From positions 3,750 through 67,749 of the forward strand of contig CAIZLB010000006.1 in NCBI GenBank assembly GCA_903933735.1: a stretch of DNA of 64,000 nucleotides. Direction: 5' to 3'. Below are positions 10,759 through 21,508 of the stretch, in pieces (position 1 is the stretch's first letter; each line of letters begins with the position of its first letter). A program made the position numbers and the translations under genes. Origin of the DNA: an uncultured bacterium. GTDB lineage: Bacteria; Patescibacteriota; Minisyncoccia; Phycocordibacterales; CAIZLB01. The notes under the pieces are model-generated. The model was not told where the DNA came from. It searched no databases and was given only the letters and a program-made list of their open reading frames with translations.

Positions 10759-11223
10759 CTATATTAAGATGTAAGTTATGTATAAAGCGAGCCAAAGTAT
10801 AAGGGTGATAATAGATGTGCGTTTCAATTCTTTGTGATGTTTTATAAAACTATCAGATAGATGACTATGTGCCTCTTGATATCTTTCTAGTATTTTGAAT
10901 TGATAATATTTCTGAATAGCAGTGCAAAATAATAATATAGCAGATATAAAAAAAGTAATTACTGAAAATGAGTATACTTTTACACTAAATTCATTTTGAT
11001 TTAGATAAATCAAGCATATATATATTAATTGCATTAAAAAAATAAAAAGAGAGAATATGAAAGAATAAGACAGTATTCTATTCATTATACGTTTTTCTAT
11101 ACCACGTATTTGTTTAGTTTTTTCAACTATTATTATAAAAACATCTATAGTTAAAGATGAAGCTAATCCAAGACATAATACTATATGATGAACTATATAT
11201 AAGAATACGATTGACATAATCAC
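10759..11223 (-). CDS. hypothetical membrane protein
   Basis: Hydrophobic segments. Confidence 0.5.
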   Translation of the reverse strand: MIMSIVFLYIVHHIVLCLGLASSLTIDVFIIIVEKTKQIRGIEKRIMNRILSYSFIFSLFIFLMQLIYICLIYLNQNEFSVKVYSFSVITFFISAILLFCTAIQKYYQFKILERYQEAHSHLSDSFIKHHKELKRTSIITLILWLALYITYILI

Positions 11224-11253
11224 AGTATATCAAATAAGACCCCACTGGTCCTG

Positions 11254-11281
11254 TTGACAAAATCGTCTATCATGATAATAT
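11254..11281 (+). promoter_or_regulatory. sigma70-like promoter motif facing into structured element (antisense to cysS 3' end)
   Basis: TTGACA then 14-16 nt then TGaTAATAT. Confidence 0.3.
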
Positions 11282-11303
11282 ATAAGAGTCCAGCCAGTAA
11301 AAC

Positions 11304-11383
11304 CTCTTGAAGTGGGGGAACGGTGTCGGTCTGATGTTTGGTCCCGTACAAACAGGTCCTTCGATACACCCCCGCTTCAAGAG
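11304..11383. other. 80-nt structured element (15-bp stem closing about 50-nt loop): cysS terminator with unusually long loop or small RNA
   Basis: ctcttgaagtggggg...cccccgcttcaagag (G-U compatible); on minus strand followed by GGTTTTACT. Confidence 0.35.
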
Positions 11384-11390
11384 AACTTAG

Positions 11391-12755
11391 CTAGTTCGAC
11401 ACAACCTCGGAACCATCATTGCTATCTAGCACCTGATATCCGAGTTTTTTTATTGCATCTCTTAATTCATCTGATTTTTTAAAATCTTTATTCATTCGGG
11501 CGACATCTCTCTCATTTTTTAATTTTAAAATATCTTCTGGTATGTTTTTGTGTTCCAATAATTTGAGTCCGAGTATTGAGTCTATTTTTTCTACGGTATT
11601 TGTATTTATTTTTTCATCCCTAACAAGATCCCATAGATAGGCTAATAGTTTTGGTGTGTTTAAATCATCTTCAACTATGTCTTTGATTGTAGTATCTATT
11701 TCAGATGTATTTATCTCTTTACTTTTATCTAATATGTCTTTTATACGATTCTTCAATCTATGATAAGCTGTTTGTGAAGCTTCAAGATCTTCTATTTCGA
11801 AAAATATTGATTGTTTGTATCGTGTCTGAAGTAAAAAATATCTATAGGAAAGTGGGCTAATGTTTTGTTTTTCAAGGTCTGATATGGTTACAAAATCACC
11901 ATCTGATTTACTCATTTTTCTATCTTTCCAGTTTAGATGGCCACCATGCATCCATATATTTGCAAGGGGAACATGATTTGCACATTCGCTTTGTGCTATC
12001 TCGTTATTATGGTGAACCGGTATATGATCTATACCACCTGTGTGTATGTCAAAAGTTTTACCTAAATATTTTTGGCTCATGGCAGAACATTCTATATGCC
12101 AGCCTGGAAAACCTATACCCCAAGGTGAAGACCATTCTTGTTGACGTTTTTCATCTGGACTTGAGAATTTCCATAAAGCAAAGTCATAGGGTGTATGTTT
12201 TTCATCATTGAACTCAACCCTATTTCCAGCTTGTAAGCCTTTTAGGTCTATATTTCCAAGTTTTCCATAATCTTTGAATGTTGATACATCAAAATATATT
12301 CCATCAGAGGTTCTGTAAGTATGATTTTCTTCTTCAAGTTTTTTTATGATATCGATCTGTTCGGGTATATTATCAGTTGCACGAGGGAATATGGTGTCAG
12401 CTGTTATTATATTTAGCTTTTGTAAATCGTCTAAAAATATCTTTGTATAAAAATCGGTAACCTCTTTGGCTGTTTGATTATTTTCTCTAGCTGACTTTTC
12501 GACCTTGTCTTCACCCTCATTGTTGTCCGATACTAGATGTCCTACATCTGTTATGTTTATAACCTGCTTAACTTTATAGCCCTCAAACTCGAAAGTACGA
12601 CGAAGTATATCTGCAAAAAGAAAAGTTCTCATGTTGCCTATATGTTGATATTTGTAAACAGTGGGGCCACAATGATACATAGAGACCTCTTTGTCTTTGA
12701 TTGTTTTAATCTCCTCAGTATTTTGACTCATTGTGTTATGTAGTTTTATAGCCAT
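11391..12755 (-). CDS. cysS: cysteinyl-tRNA synthetase
   Basis: HIGH motif ([13 protein letters not shown]), KMSKS, class I aaRS layout. Confidence 0.92.
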   Translation of the reverse strand: MAIKLHNTMSQNTEEIKTIKDKEVSMYHCGPTVYKYQHIGNMRTFLFADILRRTFEFEGYKVKQVINITDVGHLVSDNNEGEDKVEKSARENNQTAKEVTDFYTKIFLDDLQKLNIITADTIFPRATDNIPEQIDIIKKLEEENHTYRTSDGIYFDVSTFKDYGKLGNIDLKGLQAGNRVEFNDEKHTPYDFALWKFSSPDEKRQQEWSSPWGIGFPGWHIECSAMSQKYLGKTFDIHTGGIDHIPVHHNNEIAQSECANHVPLANIWMHGGHLNWKDRKMSKSDGDFVTISDLEKQNISPLSYRYFLLQTRYKQSIFFEIEDLEASQTAYHRLKNRIKDILDKSKEINTSEIDTTIKDIVEDDLNTPKLLAYLWDLVRDEKINTNTVEKIDSILGLKLLEHKNIPEDILKLKNERDVARMNKDFKKSDELRDAIKKLGYQVLDSNDGSEVVSN

Positions 12756-12810
12756 TTTCTGATTATAACTTATTTACTATTTTTATGTAATATGTATATA
12801 ATTAGATATC

Positions 12811-13692
12811 ATGATAAATATAATAAAACTGTTAACAGATTCGTTTGAATCTTACAAAAAAAACTTTAGAAATATAATACTAATGGCCTTGCCAATATTT
12901 ATAATATCTAGTATCGGAGCTTATTACTCTGTGGCGATGAAGACTGTTCAAAAAAGTGGAGATTTTGCAAATATCAATATATATTATTTTATAATAGCTA
13001 TTGTTATTTATTTGATAGCCATGCTATTTGTTGGCCTTTTCTTTGTCCCTGCTTTTAACAGAGCTATACAGAAGAATGAAGATGATAAAAATTTTGATGT
13101 TAAGTCGGCATATAATTTTCAAAAAAGAAATATATGGAAATGGATAAAGGTTAATCTTTGGGGTTTGGTTTATGGTGCATGGAGATTATTACCGTATATG
13201 GTCGTGTCAGCATTATTGATAACTTCTGTTATTTTATTAAATGTATCAAAACCTGAGAGTGATGTTATTGTGATTATATTTGCTATAATTGCATCAATAA
13301 TAATGATTGTAGGTATGGTATTAAATATTACCCGGTTTGTATTTTATAAGAATGTTTTCTTTGCAAAAGATCACATGAAAGCCAAAAATACTGTAATCGA
13401 ATCTATGACCTTAGGTAAGACCAAAAACCTAGAGATTTGGAAAGTCATAGTTTCTATTCTGTTATTTTCTCTGATGATGTTTGTTTTGTCTATAATCCTT
13501 TCGGCGATTGCTGCATTCATTATATTTAGTTTCGGAAGTAAAAATTTCTCTATAATAGATATTATAATATCACCAATGATATCAGCTTTTATGGCAATAC
13601 CTGTAACTTTAATTATAATAGCTAAGGGATATAATAAGATTAGAGGGCATCATCATGTTGTGGAGCATGCTGAAGTTATTGTAGAAAATTAA
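12811..13692 (+). CDS. hypothetical polytopic membrane protein
   Basis: Several TM segments; His-rich C-terminus. Confidence 0.5.
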   Translation: MINIIKLLTDSFESYKKNFRNIILMALPIFIISSIGAYYSVAMKTVQKSGDFANINIYYFIIAIVIYLIAMLFVGLFFVPAFNRAIQKNEDDKNFDVKSAYNFQKRNIWKWIKVNLWGLVYGAWRLLPYMVVSALLITSVILLNVSKPESDVIVIIFAIIASIIMIVGMVLNITRFVFYKNVFFAKDHMKAKNTVIESMTLGKTKNLEIWKVIVSILLFSLMMFVLSIILSAIAAFIIFSFGSKNFSIIDIIISPMISAFMAIPVTLIIIAKGYNKIRGHHHVVEHAEVIVEN

Positions 13693-13702
13693 TTTATTAT
13701 AA

Positions 13703-13740
13703 TAAAAAACATAGATTTATTTTTACATCTATGTTTTTTT
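13703..13740. terminator. bidirectional intrinsic terminator
   Basis: aacatagat...atctatgtt hairpin flanked by A6 and T7. Confidence 0.7.
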
Positions 13741-13798
13741 GATAATTAATCAATAGGCTTTACACATAAGTATATTTTTATTATTATTAGGATTAATC

Positions 13799-16700
13799 AT
13801 GAATTATAAAATTTATTTCGCAATATTATCAATCTTCTTATTTTTCTTATCGATAAAAGCAAATGCTGCAACTGGTGAAGTCCAATTTAGCGTAGCTTCT
13901 CAATATCAATTTGGTAGTACCAATGATCTAACTAACAATTCAACGAATAGATATTATCCAAACGTTTTCGATGGTAATTTTTTTACTTTTGTTGATTCAT
14001 CAAATGCAAGTGGAGGTTATGCTGGTTTAGATCTTGGATCTGCGACTAGAGTAACCAAACTTAGAATCGTACCTAGAATCGGTGAAGCTTGGCGTGTGGC
14101 GGGTATGAAGTTACAAGGTACAAATATCAGTACATCTACTGCTACTTGGACTGATATATATACAATCCCCACACCAGTTTCTAAGCACTATACAGAACGT
14201 CAATATAATGAGTTTCCTATAGACACTGGAGGTGCAAGTTATAGATATTATAGGCTTAATTCTGCGGCAAACACTTATGAAAATATCGCAGAATATCGTC
14301 TAATAGGTAATGCCTCAACTACGACAAATTATCAACCTGTTGCCCCTATAATGAGTCCTATGGGGGGACGTTTTGATAAACCTATAAATGTCAGAATCAG
14401 TAGTTTGACGACAGATGCTACATTGTATTATACAACTGATGGGTCAATACCATCTGTTATAGCGGGGGTGCCACAGGGTACAACTTTGCAATATACGACC
14501 CCTTTTGTGATTTCGAATACTAATTCCACAACAACCATTAGATCTATAGCTGTACTTGATGGTAATAATGTGTCTGATACTTCAGATTCAGCTCAATTTA
14601 TAATCGATAAATCATTTAGACCAGGTCAAGATTGGTTCGATAATAATGGTAAACTGATAGAGTCACATGGCGGGGAAATAAAATATTTTAATGGAAAATA
14701 TTATTGGTATGGTACATCTTTTAATATTGCACCATCTGAGAACGTATCACCAAGTGCTGCTAACAGTGTTGGTGTCGTTACAACTTATTCATCACCTGAT
14801 CTAGTCAATTGGACTGATGAAGGTCAGGCTTTCTATGTAAGAGGGGTTAGGATGATTGGTACACACATATTATATAATCAAAATACATCCACTTATGTAT
14901 TATGGGGTCATAATGTGTTATCAAACCATCGTGCTGTTGTTGCTACATCTTCGTCACCTACGGGACCATTTACATTGGCGACAAGCACATTGAATCCAGA
15001 CGCAGGAGTTAATTTTGTAGATTTTAACCTATTTCAGGATACTGATGGAACAGGTTATGTGATCTATAACGTGACCTCAAATGCTATGATTATATCCAAA
15101 CTGGCACCTGATTATTTGTCTACACTTGGTGTTGGTAATTATGTTACAGCTTATACAGGATCAGCAAACAAAGTTGGTCAAGCTATGTTTAAAAAAGATA
15201 ATGTCTATTTCTTGATGAGTACAAGTCATAATACTTGGGGTACAACAACACCACAATATGCAACCTCGACTTCACCCCTTGGGACATGGTCTACGGCAGT
15301 TAATCCATTTCAACCTAGTGGATCAGCTGATTATACTACAGGTTATTTTTCTCAATCCACACATATTATTCAAATACCCGGAAGAACTAATGCTTTTATG
15401 TATATGGGTGATAGATATGACAATTCTAATTTATCAGGAAATGCCACAAACACTTCCTCTCTATATAATAGTAGACATGTACTCTTACCTATAACATTTC
15501 CAACACCTAGTTCTATGTCTATATCTTATTCTCCAACATGGACATTGGACGGTGCTTTTGTATCTACTAATCCTCCGACAGCTCCGTCTGGTCTTGCAGC
15601 GACAAAAGTTGGTCAAACCGTAAGTCTATCTTGGGCAAATAATGAAGCTAATTCATTTTCTATATTCTTAGACAGGGCTACTGACTCTTCATTTACTCAA
15701 AATGTTGTTTCTGAAGTATTGACTTCAACTACTACAAGTTTTGTTGATTCTTCAGTTGTTGATGGGACAGTATATTATTTTAGAATTAGAATATCAAACG
15801 GGTCCGGCACAACTAATTCCAGCACGGTATCATTTTCTCTAACAGCTGATACTAATCCACCTTCGGTGACTTTAATTTCACCTATAAATGATGCAACTTT
15901 ATCTGGTACAACCACTTTATCTGCAACTTCAACTGATGATATGGGAGTTGCTTCTATTAAATTTTTGATCGACGGTATTCAAACTGGAACTACAAGTACA
16001 ACTTCTCCATATTCTATAGTTTGGGATAGTTCAAGTGTTGAAAATGGTACACATACGGTTGCAGTAGTGGCTATAGATACATCTGGCAATCCGGCTACCT
16101 CAACTGTCTCTGTGACTGTTTCAAATATACAATCACCTTCGATATCTATTCCCACAATGTCTGTGCAGCCAGCATCATCTATTACTACAACAAGTGCTAC
16201 ATTGAATGGAAATATTGTATCTATAAATAATGCTTCATCGACAATGAGAGGTTTTAATTACGGCACTACCACATCTTATGGTTTATCCACCTCTACCAAT
16301 GGTACATATGATACTGGTTCATATTCACAAAGTATAAATGGTTTATTGTGTGCCACAACGTATCATTATCAATCATTTTCAATTAACTCTGCAGGTACTG
16401 GAACATCTACAGATCAGACTTTCACAACTTCAGCCTGTCCTATGTCTAGTATCTCTATCAGTCCTTCAAGTATTATGCAAAATGCAACAAGTACATCTGT
16501 TACAGTTATTGGAGTAAATACTAGCTGGACTGCAGGTACTCCTGGAACACCAACTTTTTCCTTAACTGGTGGTAATAGTGCAAGTATTGTTTCTCAAATC
16601 ATTAGCGGTAGTACTTCGGCTATATTAAATATTAATTCTGGAAGTGCGACCGGTACTTTGATAATCACTGATCCGTCATCAAATTCAACAACTTCTGTAT

Positions 16701-19700
16701 CTGTGATATCTGCTGCTTCAGCGTCTACATTGACCACTGATGTTGCCACATCGGTGACCGCTTCAAGTGTTACATTGAATGGAACAATAACCTCAACAGG
16801 AAGTGCGTCTCCAACCACAAGAGGTTTTCAATACGGCGGATCTATATATTACGGTGCAACCACCACAGAATCAGGAGTGTTTTCTACAGGTGCATTTAGT
16901 GTGTCACTTACAGGAATAGGTTGTAGTTCTACTTATCATTTTAGAGCCTATGCTTCTAGTACAGACGGTTTTACTTATGGAGCAGATAGGACTTTTACAA
17001 CTTCCGCTTGTGGAAATGCTAATGCTACAGGTGAAATACAATTCAGTGTGGGTGGATCTTATGGTTATGGTATAACAGGGGATAATGGATATTTAAATCA
17101 GGGTAATAGATATTACAAGGCTTATGACGGTGATTTTACAACTTATTGGGATTCAAATGCTACAAACCCTTGGATGGCCTTGGATTTGACTACTTTAGGT
17201 AGAGCAACTAGAATAAAGATTGCACCAGCATTGGGTTCAACTGCGAGAATTGCAGGATCGATATTGCAAGGTGCAACAGTTAATCCTCAATCTGGACCGT
17301 GGACAAATATTTACACTATTCCAACAGGATATTATCCTCAAAGACAATTTACAGAGTTACCAGTAGATACAGGTGGTGCTAGTTATCGATATTATAGAAT
17401 ATATACACCGTCAGGACTTGGTGGTAATATCTCTGAATTCAGAGTGATTGGATTGCCAGGTAATACAACTCCATATCAACCCGTAACACCTGTTATCGGA
17501 CCTATGGGTGGCCATTTTCCTACGCCAATAAAAGTTAGGATAAGCAGTCTAACAACCAGTGCTTCTGTATATTATACAACAGATGGTACAGACCCTACAT
17601 TTTCAGCAGGATCACCTCATGGAACAACCCAGCTGTATACTGCACCTATATTGGTTAATTCTACCACTACGATTAAATCAATAGCAGTTAGTGAAGGTCA
17701 ATTTGTATCCGACGTATCTGACCCCGCAAGGTTTTTTATAGGTACACAATTTGTTCCTGGTAGTGATTGGTATGATACAACAGGTCATCTTATAGAATCA
17801 CATAGTGGTGAGGTTAAGTTTTTTAATGGAAAATATTATTGGTATGGACAGATTCAGAATACTTATATGCCAGAATGGGAGAGGGTTGGTGTATCATGTT
17901 ATTCATCGACTGATTTGGTCAATTGGAAAGATGAAGGACCGGTTTTATATCTTGCAACTACGACATCGCCTATATCAAGTAATGCTATAATAGTAGAGAG
18001 ACCACATGTTATCTATAATTCAAGTACTGGTAAATATGTCCTATGGGGTCATAATTGGGTAGGGGGAACAGGTTCTGGTTCAATGGCTTTGATTGCACAA
18101 AGTAATTTACCATACGGGCCTTTTACAATTGTCACACAAGCCTATGATCCAAATGGATATGGTTTAAATGATATGAACCTATTTAAGGATGATGATGGTA
18201 CAGCTTATGTGATATATTCATCAGCGACTGACAGTAATGGACATTTCTTTATATCAAAACTCTCATCTGATTATTTGACCACACTGTCCGGTCAATATGT
18301 AAATCCTCCAACACTTATGGGTGCCAATAAACGCGAAGCACCAGCTATGGTAAAAAGAAACGGGGTATATTTCTTGTTGGGTTCAGGTGTTACAGGTTGG
18401 GGTATCAATGAAAACAAATATGCTACTTCGAGCTCACCTCTTGGAACTTGGTCATCTCTTGTAAATGAATTTCAGCCAAGTGTTTTGGAGGATTATACTT
18501 TAGCCTATCGTTCTCAAGGAACAAACGTGATTACAATTCCAGGTAGAACAGAGGGGTATATTTATATGGGTGACAGATTTGATCCAGGATTATCGGCAGG
18601 TGGAGCGGCTAATCAAAACTGGGGAGCTCTATTACTTTACGGTACTCGTCACGTGTGGCTCCCTGTAACTTTTCCAACCGACAATACAATGTCCATATCT
18701 TATTCACCTTCATGGACATTGGATGATGCCTTCGTAACAAGTCAGGGTCCTCAAGCGGCAACTGGATTTACGGCCATCAAATCTGGATTATCTAGTAGTC
18801 TGGCTTGGACAAATAATGAGATAAATGGATATACACTCTATGTTGATCGTGCTACAGATAGTAATTTTACTCAGAATATGTTTTCAGACTTAATTAATTC
18901 AAGTAATACAACTTATAATGATCCATATGTATCTTATGGTACAACATACTTTTATCGTCTGAGAACCGTTACTGCTGCAGGAACATCATTTTCAGAAACA
19001 AAGAGTATAGATTTTGGGTCGGCGCCAGATGTCACTGTACCTACAGTTTCAATACTGAGTCCAACTGTATCTGCAACTATTAGCGGTACTTCAACTGTGA
19101 TAACCGCAAGTTCATCTGATAATATTGGTATAACATCAGTACAATTTTATATAGATGCAACATCAACTGATGCTATGGGTACGACAACTCAATATTCCAT
19201 TGTTTGGGACTCTACTACCGTTGCTGATGGTGCACATATTATATCGGTTGTCGTATCTGATGCTGCTGGAAATACTGCTAGTTCAAGTGTTAACATCAAT
19301 GTGTCTAATACAGTAAATAGGCCAACCATATCTTCCGTTCATATATCATCTTCAAATAGTTATTCTGGTTATGCTAAAACAGATGATGTTATTACTTTGA
19401 CTTTCATTTCAGATCAAAATCTGATTAATAATCCTATTGTAACAATCGCAGGTCATGCTGTAACAGCGACTTCAACAGGTGTTTCAAATAATTATATAGC
19501 TAACTACACAATGCATTCTTCTGATAGCGAAGGTTCAATACCTTTCACTATAGATTTTACTGATACTTTAAGTGTGAACGGGTTTACTGTTTCTTCTACA
19601 AATGATTCTAGTTATATAGTATATGATAAAACCGGCCCTATAATAAATATTGCAGGATTACCTGTTGATAATGAATACTCATCTGTATTTTCTTATTCCT

Positions 19701-20635
19701 ATGCCTCCTCTACTGATACAAGGTCTGGCATAGCTAGTTATTTATGGTCTAAAATATCAGGTTTAGGTAATGTAACTTTTAGTAGTCCAACTTCTGCTAT
19801 AACAAATATATCAGCTGACAATAATGATAATTATGTAGTTAGATTGACTGTGACTGATAGAGTTGGCAACATCTCCACTTCAGATTTTAATTTTACATGG
19901 GTTCCAACAACAGGACTTTCTGTAGTAGATGTCGGTCCTGTTGGCTCAAATGTTTCTACTGCTGATGGTATATCAACGATTACATTTAATAAAAATATAA
20001 CGTTACTTAATTCTGGTAAGATAACTTTAGTTGATAATGTTACCGGTGTATCAAAAAAGACAAATGTATCAGTGGCTAATGGTGATGGTAATTCTGCAAT
20101 ATTGAATATCTCATATAGTGGATTAGAGAGTAATAAAGATTATCGTCTAACTATAAATCAAAATGCAATAAGAGATGATTCTGGTATTACAAACGGAACA
20201 AATATTTATTATTTCCATACAGCTTCATCCAATGCAACCGCAACTCTAGCAGTAACTGGTATAGATGCTATAAAAACATATGCTATATCTGATGGTACTT
20301 ATGCAAATGGGTGGAAATGGGTATTTCATATAACTGTACCTGATGCGGAAAACAGTTTTAGTTTGAGATTTGATAATTGGACAAATGGGTCAAATTCAAT
20401 ATCTGTTGCAAATAATATGAGATATTATTCAACTCAATCATCGAATAAGTCTAATATGAATAATCCTGTAAATATAACAAAGATAGGTTCATATGAGGCT
20501 GATATAATGAATCTTAATTCTGATCTTGATCCTACAAAATCAGGAAGACAGGTAGATGTAACAGTAGAGGTCGCTATACCAGTTGGTTCAGTCGGAGGTT
20601 CTTATTCAACAAGCTATAATATACATACTGAATAA
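13799..20635 (+). CDS. giant secreted glycoside hydrolase: two tandem supermodules of F5/8-type-C (discoidin), CHB_HEX_C-like, GH43-like beta-propeller, Fn3 and Ig-like domains
   Basis: Signal peptide; discoidin pattern (YDGDFTTYWDS..WMALDL, RYYRL..EYRLIG); GH43-like (DWFDNNGKLIESHGGEIKYFNGKYYWYG; EAPAMVKRNGVYFLL); internal duplication about 50% identical between aa 20-1070 and aa 1071-2278. Confidence 0.8.
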   Translation: MNYKIYFAILSIFLFFLSIKANAATGEVQFSVASQYQFGSTNDLTNNSTNRYYPNVFDGNFFTFVDSSNASGGYAGLDLGSATRVTKLRIVPRIGEAWRVAGMKLQGTNISTSTATWTDIYTIPTPVSKHYTERQYNEFPIDTGGASYRYYRLNSAANTYENIAEYRLIGNASTTTNYQPVAPIMSPMGGRFDKPINVRISSLTTDATLYYTTDGSIPSVIAGVPQGTTLQYTTPFVISNTNSTTTIRSIAVLDGNNVSDTSDSAQFIIDKSFRPGQDWFDNNGKLIESHGGEIKYFNGKYYWYGTSFNIAPSENVSPSAANSVGVVTTYSSPDLVNWTDEGQAFYVRGVRMIGTHILYNQNTSTYVLWGHNVLSNHRAVVATSSSPTGPFTLATSTLNPDAGVNFVDFNLFQDTDGTGYVIYNVTSNAMIISKLAPDYLSTLGVGNYVTAYTGSANKVGQAMFKKDNVYFLMSTSHNTWGTTTPQYATSTSPLGTWSTAVNPFQPSGSADYTTGYFSQSTHIIQIPGRTNAFMYMGDRYDNSNLSGNATNTSSLYNSRHVLLPITFPTPSSMSISYSPTWTLDGAFVSTNPPTAPSGLAATKVGQTVSLSWANNEANSFSIFLDRATDSSFTQNVVSEVLTSTTTSFVDSSVVDGTVYYFRIRISNGSGTTNSSTVSFSLTADTNPPSVTLISPINDATLSGTTTLSATSTDDMGVASIKFLIDGIQTGTTSTTSPYSIVWDSSSVENGTHTVAVVAIDTSGNPATSTVSVTVSNIQSPSISIPTMSVQPASSITTTSATLNGNIVSINNASSTMRGFNYGTTTSYGLSTSTNGTYDTGSYSQSINGLLCATTYHYQSFSINSAGTGTSTDQTFTTSACPMSSISISPSSIMQNATSTSVTVIGVNTSWTAGTPGTPTFSLTGGNSASIVSQIISGSTSAILNINSGSATGTLIITDPSSNSTTSVSVISAASASTLTTDVATSVTASSVTLNGTITSTGSASPTTRGFQYGGSIYYGATTTESGVFSTGAFSVSLTGIGCSSTYHFRAYASSTDGFTYGADRTFTTSACGNANATGEIQFSVGGSYGYGITGDNGYLNQGNRYYKAYDGDFTTYWDSNATNPWMALDLTTLGRATRIKIAPALGSTARIAGSILQGATVNPQSGPWTNIYTIPTGYYPQRQFTELPVDTGGASYRYYRIYTPSGLGGNISEFRVIGLPGNTTPYQPVTPVIGPMGGHFPTPIKVRISSLTTSASVYYTTDGTDPTFSAGSPHGTTQLYTAPILVNSTTTIKSIAVSEGQFVSDVSDPARFFIGTQFVPGSDWYDTTGHLIESHSGEVKFFNGKYYWYGQIQNTYMPEWERVGVSCYSSTDLVNWKDEGPVLYLATTTSPISSNAIIVERPHVIYNSSTGKYVLWGHNWVGGTGSGSMALIAQSNLPYGPFTIVTQAYDPNGYGLNDMNLFKDDDGTAYVIYSSATDSNGHFFISKLSSDYLTTLSGQYVNPPTLMGANKREAPAMVKRNGVYFLLGSGVTGWGINENKYATSSSPLGTWSSLVNEFQPSVLEDYTLAYRSQGTNVITIPGRTEGYIYMGDRFDPGLSAGGAANQNWGALLLYGTRHVWLPVTFPTDNTMSISYSPSWTLDDAFVTSQGPQAATGFTAIKSGLSSSLAWTNNEINGYTLYVDRATDSNFTQNMFSDLINSSNTTYNDPYVSYGTTYFYRLRTVTAAGTSFSETKSIDFGSAPDVTVPTVSILSPTVSATISGTSTVITASSSDNIGITSVQFYIDATSTDAMGTTTQYSIVWDSTTVADGAHIISVVVSDAAGNTASSSVNINVSNTVNRPTISSVHISSSNSYSGYAKTDDVITLTFISDQNLINNPIVTIAGHAVTATSTGVSNNYIANYTMHSSDSEGSIPFTIDFTDTLSVNGFTVSSTNDSSYIVYDKTGPIINIAGLPVDNEYSSVFSYSYASSTDTRSGIASYLWSKISGLGNVTFSSPTSAITNISADNNDNYVVRLTVTDRVGNISTSDFNFTWVPTTGLSVVDVGPVGSNVSTADGISTITFNKNITLLNSGKITLVDNVTGVSKKTNVSVANGDGNSAILNISYSGLESNKDYRLTINQNAIRDDSGITNGTNIYYFHTASSNATATLAVTGIDAIKTYAISDGTYANGWKWVFHITVPDAENSFSLRFDNWTNGSNSISVANNMRYYSTQSSNKSNMNNPVNITKIGSYEADIMNLNSDLDPTKSGRQVDVTVEVAIPVGSVGGSYSTSYNIHTE

Positions 20636-20638
20636 AAT

Positions 20639-21437
20639 TATGAATCTATACTATAAAAACAAAATATTAATTATTGTAATTTTAATATTTGTATCAATTA
20701 CAAATGTTAAGGCTTCGGATATATCTGGTACTATAAGTACTAATAATACCTTGAGTACAGGTTTGAGCGGGACAGTTGCTGACAGTGTTCCTACGTCAAG
20801 TGGTGGTTCGGGTGGTAGTAATTCCGGCAGTGCAGGTGGATTTATAGGTGTGCCAACAACAGCAACAACAACTGTTACAGTCACTCCTAATAAAATAATA
20901 GATATGAGTATACCTGTATTTTCTAAACAATTAAAAGTTGGTAGTGTTGGAATAGATGTTAAAAATTTACAAATATATTTAAATACTCATGGATATATTA
21001 TCGCTAAAAAAGGTCCCGGATCTGTAGGCAATGAGACAAATACTTTTGGTAGTTTAACTAAAGTCATGCTTACAAAATTCCAAAAAGATAAGGGGATAAA
21101 ACAGACAGGAGTTTTGGATGCTGAGACAATAAAAGTTATATCTAATACAAATGCAACAAGTACTATGGCTGTTGTTAATAATAATGTAAAAGTAAATTCA
21201 TTTACTAGAGATATGGGCACGGGAGACACAGGCTTGGATGTTAAGAGACTACAAATATATTTAAATTCTAACGGATATATTATTGCAAATTCAGGAGCTG
21301 GTTCTAAGGGAAATGAAACTGAAAAATTTGGCAGTGCGACTAAAAAAGCTGTAATAAAATTCCAGAAAGATCATGACTTACCGGCTACAGGTTTTTTTGG
21401 TCCTAAGACTAGAAAATTTATTGAAACAATGAAATAA
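20639..21437 (+). CDS. secreted protein with two PG_binding_1 (peptidoglycan-binding) domains
   Basis: Signal peptide MNLYYKNKILIIVILIFVSITNVKA; two copies of LQIYLN..GYII...G.ETxxFGSxTKxAVxKFQKD...TG. Start chosen at ATG 20639 rather than the overlapping 20583. Confidence 0.7.
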
Positions 21438-21454
21438 ATAATATAAAAAAATCG

Positions 21455-21483
21455 GTGGTCTGAACGCGTTTGCGCAGACCACC
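21455..21483. terminator. GC-rich hairpin terminator (T-run on minus strand)
   Basis: ggtggtctg...cagaccacc; minus-strand T7. Confidence 0.6.
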
Positions 21484-21508
21484 GAAGTGGAAACGGGAAT
21501 TTCACCCG

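Noticed and set aside
11224-11390. Possible tRNA, SRP RNA or tmRNA in the GC-rich intergenic segment
   Set aside because: There is no cloverleaf with paired 5'/3' acceptor ends, no T-loop GTTCGA-type motif in the right place, and no SRP GGAAGGAAGCAGC motif. It is kept only as an unclassified hairpin element.
20583-20638. Upstream start for the PG-binding protein that overlaps the giant gene
   Set aside because: The signal peptide begins at the ATG at 20639, and the upstream extension would overlap the 3' end of the giant ORF.
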